A stretch of 15,260 nt of DNA from assembly GCA_965205655.1 (NCBI GenBank), contig CBDBIJ010000136.1:1-15260 (forward strand), written 5' to 3'. Position 1 is the first letter of the stretch. Every line of letters begins with the position of its first letter. The DNA is from Candidatus Latescibacterota bacterium (GTDB taxonomy: Bacteria > Latescibacterota > UBA2968 > UBA8231). The notes under the pieces are model-generated. The model was not told where the DNA came from, did not search any database, and saw only the letters and a list, made by a program, of their open reading frames with translations. Positions 1-6,839 of this stretch are shown in pieces. The translations under genes and the position numbers were made by a program.

Positions 1-1
1 G

Positions 2-799
2 GCCCTGGGTGGCGTGGCGCTCACCGAGGAGGAGTCCGTGGGCTTCTCGGTCGGCACCGCCGTCGAACTCACCGACGAACTCGAGCTAACCCTCGACTAC
101 TTCGACATCTCCGTCAAGGACCGCATCTCCCTGACCGGGAACATCGAGATTACGGAGGAGATCTCCCGGCTGATCCAGGAGAAGGAGGCCCTGAAGGGGG
201 TCAGCGTTCTCCAGGAGATCAGGTTCTTCTCCAACGACTTCGACACCGGCACCCGGGGCATCGACCTGGTGCTGTCCTGGAGGCGGGTCTGGGACAGCCA
301 GTGCTTGTCAACCGTCGACTTCGCCTGGAACTGGACCACCACCAACCTCGATGACTTTTCGCAGGTGCGGCGAGTCACCGAGTTCCTCGGTACGTCCTTG
401 GACGAGCCGATCGACGTCAGCCTGTTGACGCGCCGGCGCCACGTGGAACTGGAGCAGATGAACCCCGAGCACCGCCTGGTGCTCACCGGCCGCCATCAGC
501 TGGGTTCCTGGAACGCCATGCTGCGGCCCAGCTATTTTGGCGATTGGAAGGCCTGCCGCTTCCAGGCCAATAGCTGTGGCGACCTCGATTCCTTCGACGG
601 GAGCGTCATCGTCGACGCCGAAGCCGGCTACGCCATAAACGAGCGCTACCGGTTGGGGTTGGGGGTGCAGAATATGTTCGATTCAGCGCCCGATGCCGCC
701 CCCGAGGAGACGGCGGGCCAGGGTAATCTACGTCCGGCGAGCACCCCCTGGGATTACAACGGCGCCTTCTGGTACACGCGCTTGTTTGTGGAATTATAG
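2..799 (+). CDS. TonB-dependent outer-membrane receptor, C-terminal beta-barrel part (5'-truncated by window edge)
   Basis: The frame is open from base 2 to TAG at 797-799. Receptor-like segments include LTLDYFDISVKDRI, FFSNDFDTGTRGIDL, LGLGVQNMFD..P and a terminal amphipathic strand NGAFWYTRLFVEL. Confidence 0.88.
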   Translation, partial: ALGGVALTEEESVGFSVGTAVELTDELELTLDYFDISVKDRISLTGNIEITEEISRLIQEKEALKGVSVLQEIRFFSNDFDTGTRGIDLVLSWRRVWDSQCLSTVDFAWNWTTTNLDDFSQVRRVTEFLGTSLDEPIDVSLLTRRRHVELEQMNPEHRLVLTGRHQLGSWNAMLRPSYFGDWKACRFQANSCGDLDSFDGSVIVDAEAGYAINERYRLGLGVQNMFDSAPDAAPEETAGQGNLRPASTPWDYNGAFWYTRLFVEL

Positions 800-847
800 C
801 TCTACCAGCGGCCCTTCGTTCCGGGAAGCCCTCCTCCGGAGACTTGA

Positions 848-1117
848 ATGGAGTTGTTTGCCAGCAACCATGGCCGGCTGGCGTTCCTGCCGGAGATCGA
901 TGCCGCGCTGGATCTGGACTTCGAGACGCTCGAAGCCCAGGCCCGCGATGCGTCCGGCGAAGAGCCGGCCGAGCTACATCATCAACTACATCGGCTCGAA
1001 GGAGAAGCTGGTCGACTCGATCTGGAAGCACACGCCCGACGGGGGGTCGTCGGTGCTGGACGCCTTCTTCGGCTCGGCGGTCGTGGCCTACATGTACAAA
1101 AGACCAGGGGCCTCGCG
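848..1117 (+). pseudogene. N-terminal fragment of a Dam/D12-class N6-adenine DNA methyltransferase, frameshifted and truncated
   Basis: GGAG lies upstream of ATG 848 (MELFASNHGRLAFL...). After a frameshift near 955-975 the frame reads YIINYIGSKEKLVDSIWKHTPDGGSSVLDAFFGSAVVAYMY, resembling motif X (YxGxK) and motif I (DxFxGS). A second shift near 1098 gives KTRGLA. No DPPY motif follows. Confidence 0.75.
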
Positions 1118-1152
1118 ACAGAGCGCGGTGCATGCCGAGACCCGACGACCAC

Positions 1153-1171
1153 TAGTGGTTCAACTAGGTAG
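1153..1171. repeat. IS630 terminal inverted repeat at the transposase 3' end, including target TA
   Basis: TAGTGGTTCAACTAGGTAG matches the reverse complement of 2122-2140 (TAGTGGTTGATCCAGTTAG) at 15/19 positions. Confidence 0.85.
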
Positions 1172-2138
1172 CAGTGCGGGGTAGAGACGCTTGAGCTTGA
1201 TTCGTGCATCCGCCGTCGTGAAATGCCAATTGATGACGGGCGGGTTTTCGAGGCGCTCCGTGAGCCAGGCCTTCACGTGTTTTCCCAACTGCTGGATCGT
1301 CGCGATGCGACGATTGAGGCATTGCCGGAAGAGCACGTTCAGTCCGATCTCGGCCATGTTGAGCCAGCTGCCGTGTGTCGGGGTGTAGTGGATGTCGAGT
1401 TTGTCAGCGATGCGCTTGGCTTCCTCCGGTTCGAAGACCTCGTAGAGGGCCGCCTTTCTTATGAGTGCTCAAGTTGTCCATCACCAGCGTGATCTCCTCC
1501 GCCTCAGGGTAGTGGACGTCGACGAGATCTCTGACGGTGTGAGCCCAGTCTCTCATCGTGCGCCGTTCGCTCACTCGGATGTGGGAGCGACCCGTGAAGG
1601 GCTCCAGCATCATGAAGACGTTGGCGACCCCGTTGCGGACGTATTCATGGTGATACCGTGCCGGACACCCAGGCGCCACCGGCAGGGGCCGCTGCGTTTC
1701 GCCGATCAACTGCTTGCTTGTCTCGTCCAGACAAACCAACGGGTGCTTCGGGTCGTACGGCCATTGATAGACATCCAACACGTCCTCCATCGCGCAGACG
1801 AACTCGGCACCGGGTTTGCCCGGCAGGCACCACATCTCCCGCCGCCAAGGCTTCAGCTCGTTTTTTTTAACGTCTTGCGGACCGTTTCCGGGCTGACACT
1901 GTCAACCAGCTCCAAGGCCACGAGGCGTCCTGCCAGCAGCTTCAGGGTTCCAGTGCCTCCTTCCCCTCGAGATCAAACCGTGCAGGTGAGCTCGCTCCTC
2001 TGCTGTCAGCGTGACGATGTATTTCTTCGTGGGCAATGTCGATCTCCTCTCCTGACAAAGGGGCCTCAGGAGAAGGATACGAGCCCCGGCCTCAAAACGC
2101 TAGTTCCAATGTCCCGCAATCCTAACTGGATCAACCAC
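1155..2138 (-). mobile_element. IS630-family insertion sequence, internally deleted and defective
   Basis: Imperfect terminal inverted repeats match at 15/19 including the flanking TA. TA at 1153-1154 and 2139-2140 each lie within CTAG. The element contains IS630 DDE transposase sequence. Confidence 0.9.
1160..2036 (-). pseudogene. IS630 transposase (orfA/orfB with A8 slippage site), degenerate
   Basis: orfA starts at TTG 2036 after an AGGAG RBS and reads MPTKKYIVTLTAEER...HW/TLKLLAGRLVALELVDSVSPETVRKTLKK. The A8 run at 1861-1868 leads by -1 shift into NELKPW..MWCLP. orfB has CLDETSKQL, VMDNLSTH, YTPTHGSWLNMAEI and FTTADARIKLKRLYP. Extra frameshifts occur near 1455 and 1949. Confidence 0.9.
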
Positions 2139-2140
2139 TA
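2122..2140. repeat. IS630 terminal inverted repeat at the transposase 5' end, including target TA
   Basis: CTAACTGGATCAACCACTA is the partner of 1153-1171. Confidence 0.85.
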
Positions 2141-2162
2141 GTGTCCCAACTAGTGTCCCAAC
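2137..2162. repeat. Perfect 12-bp tandem repeat (ACTAGTGTCCCA x2, plus AC) at the IS junction
   Basis: 2137-2148 and 2149-2160 are identical and each contains CTAG. Confidence 0.9.
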
Positions 2163-2437
2163 GCCTTTTCGGCCACCTCTTGCGGTATCTCAACCCTCGT
2201 TTTCCAGTGAAGCTCGTATCGGGCTCCCTCGTCGTACTTGCTCGTAACGAAAGCGTGGGCCAGTTGGGCACCATACTCGCGGGCTTCGTTCTTGGTGGTA
2301 AATTCCCGCACCTCTTTGATCGGCACGATAAACACGTCTACGCGGTCCCCGTGGTCTTCGCTCACCTTGACTTTGTCAATCCTGTACTTGCCACCATGCA
2401 TTCGGACGATCCGTATACGTACAATCAGCCTTGACAT
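2150..2437 (-). CDS. 95-aa hypothetical protein, possibly HlyU/CV_2116-like small alpha/beta fold
   Basis: Strong RBS AAGGAGG-cag-ATG. Protein-like composition with pattern GGKYRI...F.TKNEAREYG..LA..F. The stop codon lies in the 12-bp repeat. Confidence 0.7.
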   Translation of the reverse strand: MSRLIVRIRIVRMHGGKYRIDKVKVSEDHGDRVDVFIVPIKEVREFTTKNEAREYGAQLAHAFVTSKYDEGARYELHWKTRVEIPQEVAEKALGH

Positions 2438-2481
2438 CTGCCTCCTTCACATCAAACCATTAGTCTTGCGTAAAGATTCCA

Positions 2482-2509
2482 AATATACGCTGCTCTCAGC
2501 CCATTCCAA
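2482..2509 (-). promoter_or_regulatory. Possible sigma70-type promoter for the 95-aa gene
   Basis: Minus-strand TTGGAA-16 nt-TATATT in the intergenic gap. Confidence 0.3.
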
Positions 2510-2515
2510 GCAGTT

Positions 2516-4093
2516 TCACTCGTTCCTCTTTTCCCGGGGCGGTGAGGCGATGAAATCTTCCCCTGCTTCCCGTCGCATGTAGCTACTGAGATAGTCCCGC
2601 AGAGAGTCCCACATGGCGCCGAGTGACTGCGCCTCGTCTTTGATTTTGAGGTACTTTTCCCTGTGGCTGATCGGGTGCAGGCCGATGCGATAGCTGCCCG
2701 CCAGTCCGACGGGAAAGTCATCCAGGGTTTTGTCTTTGCCGGCAACGGTCAAGCTTCCGACCTCTATCCGGAAATTCTCGGACCCGGAGCCGGATCGGAT
2801 CCTTTCCACACGGCCGTAGACCACGGAGTCGAAGTCCCCAACCTCCTTGTCCAGCATGAAGTTGACCGGAGATCCGATCTCGATGCCTACCATTTTCGCG
2901 CGGGGCAGCTCGAGTCCGATCCGCTTGCGCTGCTCGCCAACCCAGATTTCGGCGACGAGCTCACCGCGCCGGACATGTGAGGTCGAACGGGAGCCGGCCA
3001 AATAGATCAGCTCTCCATGGTTCCATCCCGGTTCGTTCGAAGCAGTGGTCAGTCCGGCGATGGCTTCCGCATCGAGATCTGCCCCCGCCGGGCTTCTACC
3101 CAGGACCTGTCCCGACTTTGTGCGGTCGCGAGAATGTGACGGCGCTGCCACGTACGCCAGGTGCGTCAACCATTCTCGCTGCGACTGGGTGCGGAACTTG
3201 AGAAAATCGGTCTGCGCCTTTTCGTAGCGGTACTCCTGCTCTAACACATCACCTTCCTCGCCGTCACCGAGCTCTGCGCTCAATTGGCGTTCCTCCAGAC
3301 CTAGTTGCTCGTGGCTTGTTTTCAGACGTTCGTACTCACGTTCAATGTCGCGGAATTCTCGTTCCAGAATCAGTCCTCGCTCGAACAGTTTGCGATACCC
3401 CTCCAACGCCGATTCGCCGCTGGCAGCCTGTCGCTCGAACTGCTCCCTCTCGAATCCAATCTGCTGGCGCTCCAGGGTTCGTACCTGGAGCTCGGTACTC
3501 GTCTGCTGACGTTCCCGCAGATGCTGGGACAGCAGCAAGTCCACATACGCCTCCCGGGGGCGTACCTCCTCCTCCAGTTGTGCCAGCTCCACTACTTCCT
3601 TGGCAAAGTCGGCGATCAGCAGCCGCTCCCCCGGGTAGATCGTCTGCCCTTCCGATTTCAACCGCGCGCTGATGAAGAAATCGTCCTGGGCGTAAAGTCG
3701 CACCATATCGCTCGAGTGGGGCACGATACGGGCTCCATCGCCGGAGACAAACTTGTAGGTCGCGCCTTCGAGAAAACGGCTGATTTTCGGCACGACTGAA
3801 ACGACCTGGTACACCACAATGGCGACAATGGCGGCCAGCAGCACGAGGCCATACGCCGATTTCAACAGGCGACTGAGGACGCGAGAAGCCAGCGGCGCAA
3901 CCAACAGAGTGAGCGCCACAAAAGGATGGCCGGCCGCCAATGCGATGCCGAGGCAGACAAAGACCCAGACTACCCACCAGAAATTGCGACGCACTAACAC
4001 GTAGCGTCTGCCCCGCTGGGCGAGAAAGGCGCGGTCGCGAATCTTGACAATCGCCTCTTCCGCCGACTTGGCTAAAACCCGGATCTCGTTCAT
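2516..4093 (-). CDS. HlyD-like membrane fusion (periplasmic adaptor) protein, atypical, 525 aa
   Basis: N-terminal hydrophobic segments, a lipoyl-like half motif (EGQTIYPGERL), a long coiled coil with the LFERGLI hairpin turn, a second half motif (HVRRGELVAEI) and a beta-barrel part (IEIGSPVNF...GRVERI). It starts 3 bp after the ABC gene. Confidence 0.75.
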   Translation of the reverse strand: MNEIRVLAKSAEEAIVKIRDRAFLAQRGRRYVLVRRNFWWVVWVFVCLGIALAAGHPFVALTLLVAPLASRVLSRLLKSAYGLVLLAAIVAIVVYQVVSVVPKISRFLEGATYKFVSGDGARIVPHSSDMVRLYAQDDFFISARLKSEGQTIYPGERLLIADFAKEVVELAQLEEEVRPREAYVDLLLSQHLRERQQTSTELQVRTLERQQIGFEREQFERQAASGESALEGYRKLFERGLILEREFRDIEREYERLKTSHEQLGLEERQLSAELGDGEEGDVLEQEYRYEKAQTDFLKFRTQSQREWLTHLAYVAAPSHSRDRTKSGQVLGRSPAGADLDAEAIAGLTTASNEPGWNHGELIYLAGSRSTSHVRRGELVAEIWVGEQRKRIGLELPRAKMVGIEIGSPVNFMLDKEVGDFDSVVYGRVERIRSGSGSENFRIEVGSLTVAGKDKTLDDFPVGLAGSYRIGLHPISHREKYLKIKDEAQSLGAMWDSLRDYLSSYMRREAGEDFIASPPREKRNE

Positions 4094-4096
4094 GAG

Positions 4097-6094
4097 TCAC
4101 CCATCCTCCGACAGGCGCATGAGCTCCAGATCGGCTGGCTGCAGCGCCAGGGCGTGACGGACATTTTCGCGGGCCAACGCTGTGAATTCGGGACAGGTCC
4201 TCATCAGCTCCCGCCGCTGCCCGGCCCCGATGAGGCGGCCGTCGTGGAGGAAAACGAAAAAGACCTTGTCGTCCGGCAGGGCAAAGTACGGTGCCAGCGT
4301 GTGTGCCACCAGCACCACGGTCCGCTCTTGCTCCGCCAGAGTGGCGATGGTATCCACGAGCTCATTCTCGGAAAATTTGTCCAGGCCGCTGAACGGTTCG
4401 TCGAAAAGCAAAATCGGGCACCGGGCCAGGAGCGAAAAACCGATGCTCACCCGCTGTTGCTGGCCGCCGGATAGATTCCCCGAAAGGCCGGCCATCCGAT
4501 CCAACCCTTCGCGGCGCTCCATGAGCTCCACTCGCTGCGGCTCGAAGCCGAACAGCGTGCGTCCCAACCTTTGCAGGGGACTGGTGCGCACATCGGTCGT
4601 AGAAATCTTGACCTCCTGCTCCATCGCCTCGATCTCATCCAGAACATTTGCCATGCGCAGGGCCCTCTGCAGATCCTCCTCGCTTGAGTCGGGGGAAAGC
4701 AGTTCGGCGTTCTGCAGGATGGACATGGACAACAGCGAGATTCTCTGGGACATATAGGCCATCAACAGGGAGAGGTCCTTGCGATCGATGTCGCGCACGT
4801 CGGCCCCGCCGAGCTGCACCGTTCCCTCACGGGCTTCCAGGTTGCCCCTCAGCAACTTCAACACGGTCGATTTGCCGCAGCCGCTGGCCCCGCACAGTAC
4901 CGTCATCTGCCCGTTTGGCACGCGAAAGGTTATGTCCTCAAGCGCCGGGCGGGCAGACTCGGGTGTATCCGGATAGCGAAAGGTGACGTTTTTAAACTCG
5001 ATTTCGTGACTCGTTATGGGTACTCGGGTGGTGCGATCTGTGCGCTGTTCACCCTTTGCCGTAGCGAAGAATTCCTCGCTCCACTGCACGCTCACCATCA
5101 ACGGAATGATTTCCTGCCAGGATCGAATCAGGTCCAGGATCGGCACGAGCACCCGCTGGGCGTAGGCGTTGATCACAAGGTAAAAGGTCAGGGAGATGGC
5201 CCCTTCGATCACCTGGAGACCGGCGATGAGGGCGATGCCGATCGTAAACGTGATGGACACTGCGTTGCTGCACGCTTCCCAGCCATTCCGATAATTTCGG
5301 GTCATGCGTTGCTGGGCAATCATCCCCTCTACCTTGGCCAGCGTCCGTCCACTCATGCGCTCTACTGCGTCGAACGATTTGATCAGGTCGGAATTCGCCA
5401 GAGACTCGTTGAACATGGACATGGCCTCATCCCGCAGTCGACTGTGCCTCCGATGGTTGCCGCGAAGGCGAGACCGAAAGAAGGACATCGCGAACACCTG
5501 CAGTGGAATTACTAGAAGCAGCAACGCGAATATCACCGACGACATGAAGTAGATCACCGCAAGAGTGGCGACGATATTGACGAGATTGGTGATGAGGCCG
5601 GGGAGGAAACTCTTGTAGAATTGACTGTAGGCCGGCAGATCGCTGCTGTAGGTCGTGTAAAGTCGGCCGAGTCCCAACGACTCCTTCGACTCTTCGTTCA
5701 TCTCCTCCATGTCGCCCAGAAATCGCCGCCGCAGGTCGTATATCAGACTGAAAGAGCCTTCGGTGGACAGATACCGGTAGAGCATTGTGACGGCAACGCA
5801 GACGACCTCCAGAGCTGCCCAGACCAGGCATATGGTGATCAGCGCATGACTGCTCTCTTGCAAATCGACCACGAGCGGCAGGATGCTGCCGATGATGATC
5901 GCAGCGGGGATGGGGCGCAGAAATTCCAGACCAACGTGCACCAGCGCTACCAGAATGGAACTGCAGTACCAGTGCAGGCTGACGGCGCCTCGCTTCAGCA
6001 TGAACCAGACCAGCTCGTGGTCCCGAAGCCTCTTCTTCTCCTCGGTGGCCAGACGGTATTCCAGCATTCTATCCGATGCGGCTACTCCCGTCAT
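4097..6094 (-). CDS. ABC exporter with fused transmembrane and ATP-binding domains, 665 aa
   Basis: About six TM segments, Walker A GASGCGKST, Q-loop YMSQ, signature LSGGQQQR, Walker B ILLFDEP and H-loop VAHT. No N-terminal C39 peptidase domain. Confidence 0.93.
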   Translation of the reverse strand: MTGVAASDRMLEYRLATEEKKRLRDHELVWFMLKRGAVSLHWYCSSILVALVHVGLEFLRPIPAAIIIGSILPLVVDLQESSHALITICLVWAALEVVCVAVTMLYRYLSTEGSFSLIYDLRRRFLGDMEEMNEESKESLGLGRLYTTYSSDLPAYSQFYKSFLPGLITNLVNIVATLAVIYFMSSVIFALLLLVIPLQVFAMSFFRSRLRGNHRRHSRLRDEAMSMFNESLANSDLIKSFDAVERMSGRTLAKVEGMIAQQRMTRNYRNGWEACSNAVSITFTIGIALIAGLQVIEGAISLTFYLVINAYAQRVLVPILDLIRSWQEIIPLMVSVQWSEEFFATAKGEQRTDRTTRVPITSHEIEFKNVTFRYPDTPESARPALEDITFRVPNGQMTVLCGASGCGKSTVLKLLRGNLEAREGTVQLGGADVRDIDRKDLSLLMAYMSQRISLLSMSILQNAELLSPDSSEEDLQRALRMANVLDEIEAMEQEVKISTTDVRTSPLQRLGRTLFGFEPQRVELMERREGLDRMAGLSGNLSGGQQQRVSIGFSLLARCPILLFDEPFSGLDKFSENELVDTIATLAEQERTVVLVAHTLAPYFALPDDKVFFVFLHDGRLIGAGQRRELMRTCPEFTALARENVRHALALQPADLELMRLSEDG

Positions 6095-6188
6095 GACGGC
6101 ATCCCCTCTCGCCGAGTCAATGGAGCATCGATTGTGGGTGGTGGGTGAGCGGTGAGACCGGGCTCGCTTTCTGCTTGGAGCAATACAC

Positions 6189-6548
6189 CTACGCCAATGG
6201 CACTATTCTGGATCGTCGAATGCGTCGATCACGTGTGAGCAGCGGGACTGAGTGCACGACACTGGTGGCAGCGATCAGTTCGTCCGCGGGATCGCCCTTG
6301 AAGTCTAGACGGGTGGAGGCTCTTGCCGTGGTGAAATCCACTGGCCATACGTGCAAACCGGTGATGACCCTTTCGACTTCCGGATCGTCGAGATCGATCT
6401 CGATTCGCTTCAGTTGAGCCAGCTTGGCGAGTTCCCATAGCGCCATGGCCGCAACTCCCCATTGGTTCTCAGCCAGGAGATCCCGTTCCCGCTTGCGTAG
6501 CTTTCCACTCAAGGCGTGGATAAGCATATGAGTGTCAAGATTGAGCAT
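6189..6548 (-). CDS. vapC: Type II TA toxin, VapC/PIN-domain ribonuclease, 119 aa
   Basis: MLNLDTH..., LWE, DPADELIAATS and LLTRD supply the PIN acidic residues. The start overlaps the antitoxin 3' end, so the likely start is ATG 6548 rather than 6671. Confidence 0.9.
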   Translation of the reverse strand: MLNLDTHMLIHALSGKLRKRERDLLAENQWGVAAMALWELAKLAQLKRIEIDLDDPEVERVITGLHVWPVDFTTARASTRLDFKGDPADELIAATSVVHSVPLLTRDRRIRRSRIVPLA

Positions 6549-6759
6549 CGGCGTCCCAGGAAATGCCGGTCGAATTGATGTCGCCGCTGACCCGAATCTT
6601 GTCCCGCAGGATGCCGATGAGCGACGACGGGGGCTGAGGGTAGGGAACGACCCGGGCCACGGGTTTTCCACGTTTGGTTATGACAAGGCCTTCGGGATCG
6701 AGCTGACCCAATAGACGAAGGCACTGTTCCTTGAACTTGGCGGCACCTATACGTTTCAT
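6535..6759 (-). CDS. Type II TA antitoxin, Phd/YefM family
   Basis: MKRIGAAKFKEQCLRLL...LVITKRGKPVARVVP is a Phd signature. GGGAG RBS; directly upstream of and overlapping vapC. Confidence 0.9.
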   Translation of the reverse strand: MKRIGAAKFKEQCLRLLGQLDPEGLVITKRGKPVARVVPYPQPPSSLIGILRDKIRVSGDINSTGISWDADAQS

Positions 6760-6786
6760 CACTAAATAGCTCCCAAAGTAGACACT

Positions 6787-6821
6787 AAATATGACCAGTC
6801 ATAAAATATGACCACTTTGAC
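6787..6821. promoter_or_regulatory. Likely autoregulatory operator of the Phd-VapC module
   Basis: Alternating boxes TATGAC (6790-6795), GTCATA (6798-6803) and TATGAC (6807-6812) form two overlapping palindromes. AAATATGACCA is repeated at 6787 and 6804. Confidence 0.7.
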
Positions 6822-6839
6822 CGCTGCGCAAAAGGCGAC

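Noticed and set aside
1461..2141. 226-aa plus-strand ORF
   Set aside because: It is the antisense shadow of the IS630 transposase.
3342..4100. 252-aa alternate-frame ORF and similar Arg/Pro/Gly-rich overlapping ORFs across the window
   Set aside because: These are GC-rich shadow frames of better-supported genes, with no recognisable motifs.
6549..6671. 41-aa N-terminal extension of VapC in the ORF track
   Set aside because: It overlaps the antitoxin in another frame, and the PIN domain begins at ATG 6548.
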